From the human T2T-CHM13v2.0 reference genome, Homo sapiens: a stretch of 64,000 nt of DNA. Each line of letters starts with the position of its first letter. The first letter of the stretch is position 1. The translations under genes were made by a program, and so were the position numbers. Below are positions 33,546 through 51,955 of this stretch, piece after piece. The stretch is taken from assembly GCF_009914755.1 (NCBI RefSeq), contig NC_060932.1; one strand, given 5' to 3'. The notes under the pieces were generated by a model. It was given only the letters and a program-made list of their open reading frames with translations, made no database searches and was not told the DNA's origin.

Positions 33546-34734
33546 TATTTAAGATATTAGAGGCCGTTGAAGGTTTCATTGGGAACATCTGGAAAGCGTC
33601 TAGCCTCTCTCTCTGTTTCTCACTCTGTTCTCCCTTCATACCTTCCACGTGGAAGGCATAACAGCCAGATGGAGCAGTGACTCCCTTCTTCCCTGTCGCG
33701 CCTCCTGTCTCTCCTGTCTCTCCGGGTGAGTGTTTTAGTGTAGTTTAACTTTTTTTCTTTCTTTTGGAGTAGTCTGATAATTTTCTGCATATAAAAAAAT
33801 TTACAGTTTTATTAAAAGATGCAAAAGAAGACCTAAATAGAGACATATCCCAGATCCGCAATGGGAAGTTTCAATATCAGTGTTTTAGTTTTACAAGGAG
33901 AAAAGTCGAGTCTGTAGGATGGTTGTTATATCAACAAACTCTTGAAAGCAAGGCCGTGAGTAATGTTCCTGCAGATAATCGCAGTTTGCTATTGTGATAA
34001 GGGATGTGAGAGGAGGAGGGCCCTGGTACGTGGAGGTGGAGGGGCGAGAAGGTGAAGGGGAACACCAGCACGTGCACAGTTCTGGATTGGAACTCTGAGC
34101 CCCGACTTCTCAGCCCACCGCTCAGACTCTCGAATGGAGTGATTACATTACAGCTTTCCAGGGCTACTGCTTGGTTCAGCCCTCCAATGAGGAGCTAGCA
34201 GATGGCGACTTCTGCTTTGCATTTGTCAGCAAAAATGTCTGATTAGGGAAAAGAGTAAAAGGTAGAATGCTGGCCACAATCTGAATGATAAATCTCTGTA
34301 TACAACTATTTTAATTTTTTTTCCCCTGGGAGAAGACACTGTCATGATCCTGTTCTAGTCATAGAAGATGTGCTTGCTGCCATTGAACGTCTGAGGTGTA
34401 GATGTCTGTGTTGCTGACCACTGGAAAAAGGATTATCAGGAGGGAGGTGAAGATGGGAAAAGTAAATTTGAGAGTCAGCCAATCAGGGGGCTAAGCGAAG
34501 CTCATTGGCAAGCTCTGGGAGGTGAAGGCAGAAAAGAGGTTGAGGACAAGCCTGCAGGAACAGCTACATTTGGGGAGTGGTGAAAAGGGGTCAGAGAAAG
34601 AGAAGCAGGAGAGGACATGGGCAGGAAGTGTAAAATGCAGACTGACTTAATATGAGGTGCACAGCATGGGTGAGAACGCAAGACACTTTGATAGGAGAAA
34701 TGAAGGTGTAAGTGGGGAGAATTTTTATGCTTCT

Positions 34735-35665
34735 GGATAGGATTACCCTAATATTGTGTTAAGTATTTTTATGTCTATATTCATGAGAGATTTTTTTTTT
34801 GTAGTTTTCTTTCTTTCTTTTTTTTTTTTTTTTTTGAGGCAAGGTCTTGCTCTGTCACCCAGGTGTGATCTCACCTCCCACCTCAGCCTCTAGTAGCTGG
34901 GACCATGCCTGGCTAATTTAAATTTTTTTTTTTTTGGTAGAGATGGGGTCTCACTGTGTTGCCAGGGCTGGTCTCAAGTCATCCTCTCCCCTCAGCCTTC
35001 TGGAGTGGTGTGATTACAGGCATGAGCCGCAGCGCCTGGCTTGTGGTATTCTTTATTTTGGTACTGTCTTTGTCTGGCTTTAGTCAGGGCAATGCTAGGT
35101 TTATAAAATGAACTGGGAAGTGTTCCTTCCTCTGGAAGAGACAGTGTAGAGTAGGTGTTTATTTTTCTTTAAATGTTCAGTAGAATTCTTCAGTGAACCA
35201 TCTGGGGCTGGAGATTTCTTTTTTGGGATTTTCAAAAGTATGAAGTCAGTTTACTTAATAGTTATAAAACTAATTCAGATTATTCCCTATTGGATGAGTT
35301 GTGGTACTTTGTGTTTTCCAAGGAGTTGGTCTATTTCACTGAAGTGTATAGAGTTGTTTGTAGCCTGCAGGGACTGTGGTGATAGCCCCTGTTTCATTCC
35401 TGCTATTGGAAATTTGTGTCTTTTCCCTTTTTTCTTTGTCATTCTTGTAGGTTTTTCAAACCAGTGACAAACCTCTTTGTTTTCTTGATTTTTCTCTTCT
35501 GCTTTTCTGTTTTCGATTTCGTTGATTTCTGCTCTTTAGGTTTGTTTTGTTTTTTTTCTGGGTTCTTGAAGGAGGAGCATAGGTTATTGATTCGAGACTT
35601 TTCTTCAATGCAAGAATTTATGCATAAATTTTCCTCTTAGCACTGTTTTAGCCATGTTCCCATTT
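34735..35665 (-). mobile_element. Old L1 ORF2 fragment with a deleted AluJ (34811-35040, - strand)
   Basis: atattcatgagagat, taaaatgaactgggaagtgttccttcctct, tagaattcttcagtgaaccatctgggg. Confidence 0.75.
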
Positions 35666-36109
35666 TTTTTTCTTCCATCTATAATATCTTACTTAATTTG
35701 TGCAATAACCCTGGCGGTAGGTAGAGATTTTCAGACTCACTTTACAAAGGAGGAAATGAGCTCAGGGAGATTATGTAACATTCCCAAATTCTCAAGGCTG
35801 AGCTGCATCCTGAGCCGGGTAGTCTAGCTGCAGGTCCATATGGCCATCCAGCTGCCTCCTGGCTCTGAAGTTCTCTCTCTGTAGTTTATAATGTATTCAA
35901 TACAATATATTATTTGTTAATGGATTCATTAACATTATGTTGAGAGCCATGGGGAACACTTTCAGTATGAGGTAGGAGGACTGGGTCCCAGCAAAGCAGA
36001 AAGGGAGGATGAGTCAGGGAAGTAGATGGAACACTAAAAAAGCACAGCTTCATGGAAGTCCAGGGGAGAATTGAGAGTTTTTAGGATGAGGAAGTGATCA
36101 GTGATAGGA

Positions 36110-36650
36110 TTCATTTATTTAACAAATATTTATAGAGTGTTTACAGTGTGCTGGACACTGGGCTGGGTGCTGGCCACGCAGCAGTGATCCAAACACAAAG
36201 GGTTCCTCCCCTCGAGGATTAGGCTTTGGTGGGGAAGGGAGGGAATTAATAAATTACAAGATATTAGGAAGTAAATCAGTGGGTCGGTGCCAGAGAGCAT
36301 CGGGGGGTAAGAAAGGCAACTTTAAATGGTAATGCCAGGAAAGTTGAGGCCTGAAGGATGAGAAAGAGTCTGCCAGGCAGAAGCCTGGGGAAGAACATTT
36401 CAGACAAAACAGGCATAAAGTTTTGAGAGCGAGAAGCTTGGCACAGTCGAGGAGGTAAGAGGAGGCCAGTGTGGCTGAAGCTGAGAGAGCAAGGGGAAGA
36501 GCGATGGTAACTGAGATGGGTCTGGGGAGCCCGGCAGTACAGTGGGCAGCCTTGAAAATATTGAGAGGGGAGGCGTGGCCTGACTCATGTTTCACGATGG
36601 TCCTGGTTGCTGTGTATGGAGTGCATTGTAGGGGCAGGAATGGAGGCCAG
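36110..36650 (-). mobile_element. L2 3' end
   Basis: attcatttatttaacaaatattta...tgtgctggacactg; gaggaggccagtgtggctgaagc. Confidence 0.8.
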
Positions 36651-37400
36651 CTGGCAAGTTAAGCATGAAATGCTGTGGCAGGTGACTGAGAATGAATTAG
36701 ACATGTACATTGTATATGGAATAAAAAAAATCTGAAGGGCTCCTTATCATTGTTTCAGTGACATTTATTTCTAGAGGCTGATATGTTTATTGTCATTTTC
36801 CAGAGAATGACAGAAGAGATTCTGAGGGTATCCTTTTTCTTTTGTGCTTGAAATAATTTAATTAGCTGTTTAGGAAGGAATGCTCATGCTATTGGACATG
36901 GATGATGCTTTTGCCTGGCTCCAGTAAAAGAGATGGGAATTTAGTGGGGATGCATTCTTTTGAATCATTGTTGAATTATTGGTTTCTGTGAGAACATTTG
37001 TTTCTGCCCTCAGCTCTGCTTATATGTAAGTTGGTAGCACTAGAAATATTAGACTAACTATAGTCAGTCTCCAAATGACTTTTTAATAACCTCTGTTTAG
37101 ACTCTGTATGTAGTATCTTTTAGAATTTTTGGTATGAAAAATTTCAAACTTAGACAAAAGAGAGCCTGATATAATAAGCCCCCATGGGTACCCATCATTC
37201 AGTGTCAACAGCAGTCAGCTCACGGCCGATCTTGGGTTCATTTCTACCCGCAAACATTCCCCGCCACCCTCATCCTGTTTATTTTGAAGCAAATTCCAGG
37301 TATATCATTTCATCTGTAAATATCTCAGTATATACTTTCAACAAGTAAGGACTTTTCCATATTTTAGTGTTTGGTTTTATTCCCCCTTAGAGCACATAAA

Positions 37401-37532
37401 TAGGTAACGTCTGTCTGGACGGTTTGCCTGCCAGAGTCCCCGTGTATACCTCTTGTCCCAGTGTATTTATTAATAGTCTCCCTTTCCACTTCAAAGAGTC
37501 TCTGTTTGGACAGTAAATTATTTGGTGACCTC
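37401..37532 (-). mobile_element. MER81-like hAT-Blackjack MITE
   Basis: Reverse complement ggtcaccaaataatttactgtccaaac...ctattaataa...gggacaa...gggact..caggcaaacc resembles MER81. Confidence 0.7.
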
Positions 37533-37661
37533 ATGTACATAAGAGAAATCTTTTCATAGGGGACAGTAAATAGGTTCTTTAATAGCACTTTCAGTATTGA
37601 GTATTTTTCTAATAGTATGTCACTGTTCTATTTTTGTTTTTTGTTTTTTTTTTTAAATCAG

Positions 37662-37755
37662 GAGAGCAAGCCCTGGAGGTTCACTCTTTCAAGAAGTCGT
37701 GTGCTGAGGTGTAATGCTACACAAGTCAGAGGAAGGAAGGGTCCTGAAACACATG
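37662..37755 (+). other. EXTL3: EXTL3 non-coding exon 2 (94 nt, 5' UTR)
   Basis: Long poly-T tract then aaatcag|GAGAGC; donor ATG|gtgagg. Confidence 0.85.
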
Positions 37756-38038
37756 GTGAGGAAGGAATGAGTCAGCTGGATTGCTGTGATTACGCCTTCT
37801 TTTCTTTTTCTTCCATTCTGTTGTTTCTTTGTTACAATTTGGTCATAAGTGCAAAGAAGATTCTTTTGAAAGCAAGAGATTTAAACATTTGAATCACAAG
37901 GATAATGTAAATTTGAGTATTTGGTCAGCTGCTAATTATCCAAGTTTAGATTATCCAAATACTTAAACCTTTTAGTAATATTATCATCAACTTTAGGTCT
38001 GATGTCTTGTCAGGTGTTCTTTGTAATGGACAAAGTGA

Positions 38039-38410
<372 letters not shown>

Positions 38411-39789
38411 TAATATCCCCTTGTCTTTAGAAATTGTTATTATAATTTATTGACAGATTAAAATTTAATGTCCAATGTTACGATGAAATAAAATGTTACT
38501 TGAAAAAATGTTAGAATGTTTAAAGGAATCTTTATTCTGAAACATAATTAAAATTATGTTTATAAAAATGGTAAAAAGGAGAGAAGACTATTACACCTTT
38601 AATAGTTAAACATCTTTGACAGAGGTAGAAGCTAGAGAAAGTGGTTGTGCCTCTGTGAAGTCCTACTCATTTTATGCTACGTGTACCCTTGTTTGTTTAT
38701 ATCTTATCTCTTAGGGTAAGGGAAGTTCCATGAGGTCAAGGATTATACACCCTAGATTCTCCCACAGTTATACTTAGCATGTCTTAGCCCTGTTAAGAGT
38801 ATGGTGAATATTTTTTGGAAGAATTAAAAAAAGAAACCGGGAATATTCCCTGGCATAGAATATTATGATTTGTTTCTAGCTGTGTTGAATTTGAGGGAAA
38901 GCAAGTGGCAAGCCTCTGCAGCCAGTGGCAGTGAAGCTTGGTGAGAGAGCAGGGCTGGGAGTGTTGCTGAGGGACTGAGTCGCTACAAGCGTCCTCCCAT
39001 CCACTGCACTTTGTATCACAGCAACGTGGTGCATTGCCGTCTCCGTGCACCTATCTCCATTTTAGAAGATTAGGAAACCAAGGTCTGATAGCAAATCTGT
39101 CAGCAAAGAAGGAGAACGAATGCCTCTCATTTCTAAGTATAGTGTTCTTTCTAAAAGAGCAAGTTACTATTTATATTTTAAGAAAGAGCACATGATGTCT
39201 GCTAATGGAAGATAAATGAGAAGCAAACTGGGAAATACATTTTGTCTCAGGATTACTGCATCTACTACTGGATAAAGATCAAAAGAGTTCTCTTCAACCC
39301 TTTCAACTCTACATTTAACAAATTGAGCTTTTCAGAGTCTTTTTTTGTAAAGTATTTCCAAAGAAGACTTATAGGTTAGGAATAAACATAAACTACCCAG
39401 GTTGGCTAGGAAGGTATTTCTGTTCATCTAAAGATGATGCCCAGGTGTGGAACAGGATAAGAAAAGACCATGGACATCTTTGTCCCATGAATTTAGTTGG
39501 TCATCGTGTTACAGGGCTATAATGCCGCTCTAGATCCAGTTAAATAAGAAGTGGGGAGGGGTTGTAAACTGCAGCTTTTTGGGGCACTTATCCATTTATT
39601 ACCCCAAGTAAAAGACCTATACCAAACAGCAAACAACATCTCTGCATTGTCATTATAATGTTCTTTGAGACACAGCCAGTGTTCCAGCCATTGTTCCATC
39701 TAAGATTTAAGCATTTTCTAGAAATGTATGGTGGCAGGGGTGTTGAACATAACTTCTTCAAGACTGACATGGTTCTCTTTCTTTTGCAG

Positions 39790-42445
<2,656 letters not shown>

Positions 42446-42714
42446 TGAAATAGTATTTCACTCTTAATCCCTTTTCCAACTTCCTTCACTTTAGCAATCG
42501 TAACTTCTAGCAGAGGAGAATACATGCATACTCATGAAAAACCTGTATAGATTCCTTTCTTCCTGAAGGGTTTGCTTGCTGCTTTTTCAAGCCTTGGCAG
42601 TTCTGTGGCTGTTACTCACTTCCTAAATCGAGGATCCCCAAAACTGAAACTGATTTTATATTCAATATACAAAACCTTGTCGGTTATCCCGTAGACTTCC
42701 ATGTCATAACAAGA

Positions 42715-42920
42715 TGATGATGATAATGATAAGCTACCATTTAGGAAGCACTTAGCCTCTAGGCACTATAATAAGCATTTTGTGACATATTATCGCTGTT
42801 TCTTCAGCTTATTCGTATGGGAGCTGAAGCTTAGGTTAATGAATTTGCCCAAGATCATGGTGAGTAATGGAGAAGCTGAGCTTTAGTATGTCTGATTCCA
42901 GAAGCGGCAGCTTTAGTCAC
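42715..42920 (-). mobile_element. MIR
   Basis: aagctaccattt...aggcacta...ggttaatgaatttgcccaagatca. Confidence 0.65.
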
Positions 42921-45900
42921 CTCCCAAAGGGTTTAGGAAGGCCTGTGTCATTTTCCAGGTATTCATAGAAGTCTTTTGGAAGACTGGAGTTGGGGTTTGA
43001 TATTTTGGAGTTGGAGAACCAACTCCAATTGAACCTTCCAGGGTGTCTTGTAGGTTCTTTCTCATTCTTTACTCCATCTCATGGTTAAGTGCTGTATTTT
43101 ACAGGAAAAATAATAGCTAAATATGCAGGACAGGGCTTTAGTTCTGAGGAGTTTACCATCTTCAGAATTAAACTTGGCATTCTAGGAGAGAGATGGCGAC
43201 CATCTCTCTTAAATGTGCAGCCTTAGAGCAGGTCTTAAGCAGACTGCCACCTATTTAACCTGCTGCATATGTAGTTACTTCCTGGCAGAAGGTAGCAAAA
43301 AGTCTGATGGGCCACACGTTGCTAGAAGTCTCGGTTTTTAAAAAATGTACTTCACTGGGAGGCCAATTCATTTGAATTATTTTTCTAAGCAGCAGCATGG
43401 TGTAATAAGTATGAGATTTGGAGTGATACAGACCTGGGATTAAGTAGTCATTTCGTGATCTTTGATAATTAGCTTTTTTGATCTCAGCATTAAAGAGGAA
43501 ACTACGATAAGACAACTAAGGATTCTAGAAAGGTGCTCACTTATTTGATTCCTTCTTATCCCTTAATGTTAAAGGAGATGGAAGCCAGTATGTTTGTCTT
43601 GCCTATGCTCTGGGCAGCTTTAACTGACTTCACTCATAAAGGCTTCTTGTATCCTCTCTACATCATTTCTGTTTGTGTCATAGTTGTTACTGCCTACTTC
43701 CTTCTGTGCAAAGTGCCTCTTTGCTTTAAATTTTTTCTTACTGCTGCTAATCTTTTTTTAAATTTAATTGAATTTATAATTAGAAGCTATTCAAAGACTG
43801 TAGGGTTATAAATCCTTTTTATCCCAGTGTATTTTGTATATTAAGTTTTGTAAATAGGGAATTTTTTTAATAGACTTCTCAAAGTTCACTTTTTTTCTTT
43901 CTGTTACAACTTTATGTCATTGAAATTAAGAAAGCATTTGCTCTGTGAAAGATAGATGCTCCTCAAATAGTAGAATAATAGAGCAGCCATTGTTTTCCAT
44001 TTTTCCTGAGTTTTCTTTGATTTTGATAGGGATGTAGAGAAGCTGGTGCCATACCAGTTAAGTTGACTGAAATTCATCAAGAACTTACCAGAATGAATCT
44101 TTTTTTAAAAACTCTGATGGGAAATAAGTAGTCCTGACTATTGGGCAGCCCATCGCAATAATACCTAATTGGAAAATGCCAGAAACTTTACAGATAGGCT
44201 ATTCTAAACAGCTTTCTCATATTAGCAATACAAGTTTTTTTTCTGGTCCTTTTAAAAAAGAGGAAATAGCTTCAGATGGAGAATTTCACTCCATCCTGTA
44301 AATATTGTGGTTGTGCTTTCTATCTAGGAGAGGCGGGTGTTCTGGGGAACAGTTGAAGTTGCTGACATCTCGGATGTACCCAGCTATCAGAGCTAGAAAG
44401 AGACTGGTAGCTCTCTCTGCTATAGAAAAAGGGCACTACTGTGATACACCTCAGAGTGGGTTTTTCTTCTAGATGTAGACGTAGCCAATTCAATACGCTA
44501 AGGTTAATTTTTATAAATTTAGCACCAGGGTTGTTCCCAGGCATCAGTGAATCTACCCAGGAACCTCCGTGCCATTTCAGAAAGTGCTGGGCAATACGGG
44601 CTCCTCTTATGTTTAGGTTCCCACTAAGCAACAGGCATAAGTGCTGGGTGTTTGTGGGCTGTGAAGTGTATTGAGCCCCAGCTATTTTAAGTGGAGAAGG
44701 ATTGTCTTAGGGGTGCCCCATAGGACTTATATGTTAAAATTCCTCATTCTTTTAAATAATTATTTGCATAAAAAGATCTAGCTTAGAGTGAAGGTGATCT
44801 TTATTGCCACCACCCTTGAACACTCCTGATTGAAATGCTCTGTGTAAAGAGAACTTCAGCACAAATGGGATGGTGGCGGGGCAAGGAGACAGGACTTGCA
44901 GAGAGATGGGAGAAGTGCCACCAGTTGAAGTGGGTCTCCCGTTGAATGGGGTAGGACTACCAAACAGAGGGGCGATGGTGAGTGTCTGCTCTCTCCCTTG
45001 CTCTTGTATATTTTGTAAACACATGGATCAGGTCCCTTAGCTCCTGGAGCATAACAACAAAGATATCTAATGAAAGCCAACTAGAGAGTATTATTATGCC
45101 AAGGGATTTGAGGTCTAGCCTTTTGAAAAACTCTCCACTATGTTGGGGACCACCACTTTCATGGCACCTGAAAGATGTTCCACTGTTTCCAGGCCTCCGT
45201 TGTTTCTGAGGATATATCAGTGGTTTTCAAATTTTTGTTTCCTTATATGTAAGGTGTGGTTTTCTCTGGCTACTTTTGAAATTTTTTCTTTGTATTTGGT
45301 TTTCAGCAGTTTGACTGTGGTATGCCTTAGCATGGTTTTCTTTGATTTTTATTCTGGAAAGTGTTGATATTTTTGTTTTAGTAGGTGGTTAGCTGTATTG
45401 ACTCAGACTGAAAGCCCTGTCTCGTGAATGGCCACTCTCATGTTGAGTTCTTTTATATGTAGCTGGTCTGCTTACAGCCTGCACCAAGCATGCATGGCTT
45501 AGGGGTGGGCCAGAGACAGAGCAGTTTCTACGCAGAACTTGGAGCTCCCTCTCTCTGGCTTTCTCCTGTCTGGAATTTTCTCCATTCTTTCTACAGGCTG
45601 TGGTTACCTTACACATTTCCTTTACAGGCCAGAAAGACCATGGGTTTTGTATGAGAGTTTTAGCTGTCTTTCTTGGTACCAACTCTGGCCTACTCTCAGG
45701 GTGAAAGCAACAGTAATTCTCCCTGTGTCAGTAATTCCCTCCCTCTGAATTTTAGCACCCCTCCATAATTGGTTGTCTTTTGTTCACTCTCTAGTGCCTT
45801 CTGGAAATTCTTTTTTTGGTATTTTTGTGCAGAGGTTATAGTTGTCATCTGAGGGAGGACTGGGTCTGGCAGGGGCTTACTGAACTCTTCTGGAGGCAGA

Positions 45901-46234
45901 AATGCCAAGTAATCCCTTCTTGATAGATAGTCCCATTAAAAATTTTGGTTTGAGTTACTACTTTATTCTGACCAGTTTACACATCTTCCTTACTCTGCTT
46001 TATACTCTGGAAAATAGTAAGTAGGGTGGCTGTTTTAGAGTCTGTCCTTTTGGAGTTGTAACATGTGGGCTGTTAGGAAAGGGACATCTTTCATTTACTA
46101 ACAGTGTAGTCTAGCTCACTCAAGGCATCACTTCCCTTCACACTGTATACTCACTGACTGCTGAGACAGTCTCTTGGCAGCCCGTCCCTGAGTCTTAGGT
46201 TTTCATTCTCTTCTTCATAAAGGGTATGGCTAAT

Positions 46235-46600
46235 TGACGCAGGGTGCCTTGGAAGGGGGCTTTTAGAAGGGGTGACATTTGAGCAGAAGCCTGAATGAAG
46301 CGAGAGAGGAGGCCATGTAAATTCTGGAGGGATGTATGGGGAATGGCAAGCACCAGAAGCGATGCCCAGTGCATCCGGGTGGCGCGTTTGAAGGAGGTTG
46401 GAGAAGGCAGTGGGACCAGCAGGTGCAGGACAGTGCAGGTCGTGGTTAGGAAGTCTGGGTTTTATCCTGTCTGCCTTAGGATGCCCTTGGAGGGTGTTGA
46501 GCAGAGGAGGCACATGATTTTTATGGAACTATGGGGAAAAGAGCAGAAGCAAAAAGACTTGCAGTAGCCTAGGCGAGGAGCGGTGGTAGAGAGAACCAGT
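46235..46600 (-). mobile_element. L2 fragment
   Basis: ggtgacatttgagcagaagcctgaatgaag; ttggagggtgttgagcagaggaggcacatgat. Confidence 0.7.
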
Positions 46601-46698
46601 TCAGAGATCAGCATAGCACACATCCTTGCAGACTGCAAGGTCTCTGTGGAAGTGATGAGGTCAGAATGCACCATTTTTTTTCCAAATGAAAATGATAG

Positions 46699-47001
46699 TG
46701 CCGGGCGCAGTGGCTCACGCCTGTAATCCCAGCACTTTGGGAGACTGAGGTGGGTGGACTGCTTGAGCCTAGGGGTTTGAGACCAGCCTGGGCAACATAG
46801 GGAGACCCCATCTCTACAAAAAAATAGAAAAAATTAGCCAGGCATCATGCATGTCTGTAATCCAGGCTCTTGGGAAGCCGAGGTGAGGGGATTGCTTGAG
46901 CCTGGTAAGTCAAGGCTGCAGTGAGCTGTGATTGTGCCACCGCGCTCCAGCCTGGGTGATAGAGGGAGACCCTGTCTCTAAAAAAAAAAAAAAAAAAAAA
47001 A
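46699..47001 (+). mobile_element. AluJ (intron 3)
   Basis: Alu dimer plus poly-A. Confidence 0.92.
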
Positions 47002-47832
47002 GAGAGATACAAGATTATTATTTTTCAATGCCCTTTTCCCTCTGTCCCAGCCCTTGATATTCAAATTGAACAGGGAGAGTTCTTTTTTTGGGTAATATAA
47101 ATATCATTCCAGGGGAGTTATTTTCATCCTCTCCCCAGTAGTCTATTAGGGAAAAGGGAAGACTGGAAGAGAAGCTGCATCCGTAGTGCACTCTTGGCGT
47201 CAGGAACTTTCTGGCTGGGGACTCCGCCTCTCAGGCTAAGAGGCTTGGCTTCTGGCTAGACCTCAGGCAAGAGAGTGGAGATCATTCTCAGGGCTTACTC
47301 CTTAAAGTGTTGGTAAGCTGTATTTTTTTATTTCTGCCCACTCTACTTTTAAAAATATCCCTTGAACGAATGAGACGATAATTTCCTAAAATTGTGATAG
47401 CTAGGTGAAGCCAGCAGGAAAAACCTTGTCCAGCTTCTCCAGGTCCAAGACTGTGCAAGGTCTGGTGCACTTCACTAGGAGCTGGCACATCTGGGTGGTT
47501 CGTCTTTCTCTTTGACAACATTTTACTTAATAACTTGGTGGCTATAGCTGTGGGTTTCTGTTTGCGAATGGGCTGTATGGCTGCAAAGGAAAATTATATA
47601 AAACAAGGCTACCCCGAACCAAAAATGAATACTAAGAAATACAGAAGTTGAAAGCAATTGCTGGAAAGTCATGTTGCATAATTTACTAATTGCAGCAAAT
47701 TGATTCTTGAGGTAATGTCTTCCCCTCTTAGTGTATGTGTACTCTTTTTACTAATTCAAAGTAAGGAATCTGAGACTGTAAGAATTCTGTTGCTTCAGGT
47801 CACTTGACTAACTGATACCTGTATTAGAATGA

Positions 47833-48240
<408 letters not shown>

Positions 48241-48690
48241 TAAAGATATGTATAAAATATAGAAAATGTATAAAAATTAAAATACATACAGAATATGAAA
48301 TATACATGTAAAATGTATGAAAATTAAAATAGAGACTGCTAATATCATGTTATAATAATTGTTAACAGTTTTTGGGCATTTTCTGTGTGCTAGGCACTGT
48401 GGATGGTCTTTATCTGCATTCTCTCATTTGTTGACCTGCTAACCTAGGCTTTCTTACCTGCACTTGCACTGGGATCATTGGCAACTTTTTCTCTTATAAG
48501 TTAAAACAGACTTGTCTCATCTAAAACATGTACAATTTTGTTTGTACTGTATGACATCCCTGTGTAAAGTTATAAATGGAAAACCAATGCACTGTTACCT
48601 TCTTATTCTCTTTTCTTCCTTTGCGTTTTCTTGCTTTCTGCCCCATCACTTGACGTTTATTGAATGAATCCCTTAAATAATGTAGTCCTT

Positions 48691-49040
<350 letters not shown>

Positions 49041-50154
49041 CTATCATCTTCTCTCTGTCGCTCACCTCCCTCCCATCGCTCACCTCCCTCCCCACTCACT
49101 TCAAGCTCTGTTACCTAGGTCCTCCTGAGCTGGGTGGGCATGACTGTGTGCCTCTTCCTGGATCTCATTTTCCTCATTCCTGAGTTCTCTGATGGTTCCT
49201 CTTTTAAGTTGGAGGAAGGGGATGATGGAGAACTAAGGTCAGTTGCTGTTTCCTTTCTTGCCTGTGTGATGGCTTGATGTTAAGTTTCATTCTCAGATAT
49301 GGATTTGCTATAGGGATGTATTATGTACGTATATATGTTTTGTTGGAGGATGGAGATTGTCGGGCTTGGCTGGGCCGGATGTAATCTGAAAAGGGGCATT
49401 TCAAGTGTATTTAAATGGCCAAATTTCATAGGTGGCAGGTTCCAGGCCACGATTGCTGTCCCTTTTCCTTTGTGATAGGAGAAGGTCAAGGGTCCCGTGA
49501 ATGATATTGTGCAGAAGAGCTAGCGAGGCACCGTCAGGGAGCCCTGTGTGTGAGACAGGCCAAGCAAAGAGTGGGCATTGCTCCTGGCTTGATGGAGGTG
49601 GATGGGTTTTTTGCTATAGAAAACTACACTAAATACTAAGAGGTTTCCTAATTCCTCTCTATCATTCTTTAAGATTATTAAAGATATTGAATGTTTACCT
49701 ATAATTTTGATCTAGAAACTTCTCAAGTCTTTATTTCATATTCTGTAAATAGAATGGCAGGGCTAAATTATGTTCTATTTTCTGCCCATTCATTCATTTA
49801 TAAAACATTTGTTGAACATCTGCTATATTGCCAGGCACTGTGGTCTATTCATTTTGGTTAATGTCATACCAGTAATTAAAGCAATCACTTGAAAGTGAGT
49901 CTTCCTGTTTGCAAGTTACTAAGATGTAATCATAAGGCATCTAATAGCAATATGCTGTAGTAACATGAAGAAATAGCCAGTATTGTGGGGTTGAGGGAAG
50001 AGTGTTGGTTTGATTTGAAACAAAACAACATCAACAAAAATGAGAACCTTTCCTAAATATGACACAGTCCCTCTGGTTGACTTGTTTCTTTTATGTTCGA
50101 TCTGTCTTTTCTCAGATTCTTAGAGGCCGTGCTGATCTGTGAGTCTGCATTTAG

Positions 50155-50458
<304 letters not shown>

Positions 50459-50752
50459 TGCATTTAGAAATGTTTGAGCCTTTCTGTTCTTCTGATTTTG
50501 GTGCCAGAATGGATAATAGTTGGTTTGCTGAGCTTTTGTTTAGCCATTAAGCACTGCAGCTTTGAAGCAAAACTGTTAGAAGAAAACTTTTACTCTTCCA
50601 CCCATTTAGTTTTAGTTGGCGTTTGCAAAGTTTGTGAGGGCAGAAATCTTTTTGCGGCTATAGGGAAAAGGGGAACATCTTAGGTAATGAACTATAGTTA
50701 GTCTTCCAAGTGCTGTTTTGGTTTACTGTCTTCCTGCAGGTTGACTCTAAAT

Positions 50753-50973
50753 CAGGGTGTTTCAGCAGTGGCACAGTGACATTTTGGGTCAGATAATTCT
50801 CTGTTGTGGGGGCTGTCTTGTGCACTATAGGATCTGGCAGCATCCCTGGCTTCTGCCCACTAGATACTAGACGCAAGTAGCGCACCCTTTTCTCCAGTTG
50901 TGACAACCAAAAATCCCTTCAGACATTGCCACATGTAGCCCGAGGCAAAATTGTTCCTGGTTGAGAACCACTG
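50753..50973. mobile_element. MER20 hAT MITE, full length
   Basis: CAG...gttgagaaccactg termini; 8-bp TSD ctctaaat/ctctgaat. Confidence 0.88.
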
Positions 50974-51074
50974 CTCTGAATTCTTAAAGCTGACTTACTG
51001 ACTGCAGTTAGTTTTGTCAGCTAACTGACAAAACTGTAGTGCTTGGTGTTGTGTTTCTGTGAATCTTCAACAGC

Positions 51075-51419
<345 letters not shown>

Positions 51420-51955
51420 TAAAATGCAGTTTGCTATACCTGAACAGCTGTTGTCATCCAGCCCAGAGCAGTTGTGCTCAGAGGGTGAGCAGAGATGGCA
51501 GGCGCCCTGTGTTCCTGGAGTCCTTAGTAGTTGTTCTCTTGTTGCTTCTTGATATCTAAGTAATGGACTTTAATAAACTTACTAAAAAAAACTAGTGTGA
51601 AATCTAGGCCAAAACACTTTGATATTTGACCTCCAGCTGCATGACCCCACCTAAGTCTTCTAAAGCACAAGTAGGTTCTCTTGATTTGGTTGTTTGTAAA
51701 TTAGATAATTTTGGATATGATCTAGATATCAAATCATTGTAGTTTTTCTTGTTTTTCGTTTTCAGGTGCAGAGTTAGGTTGTTTATAGGATTGTCAAGTT
51801 TGGCTGATAAGTAACTTCAGATTTTGCAAACAGTGTGGTGCTATGTTGATTTAGCAGAGAGGGTGCTGGCATTCACACGTCTAGTAAGAGGAAGAGTTGG
51901 AATTTGAACCCAAGCTTTTCTGATTGGCCCCAAAGCCATGCTTTCTCCCTCTGTA

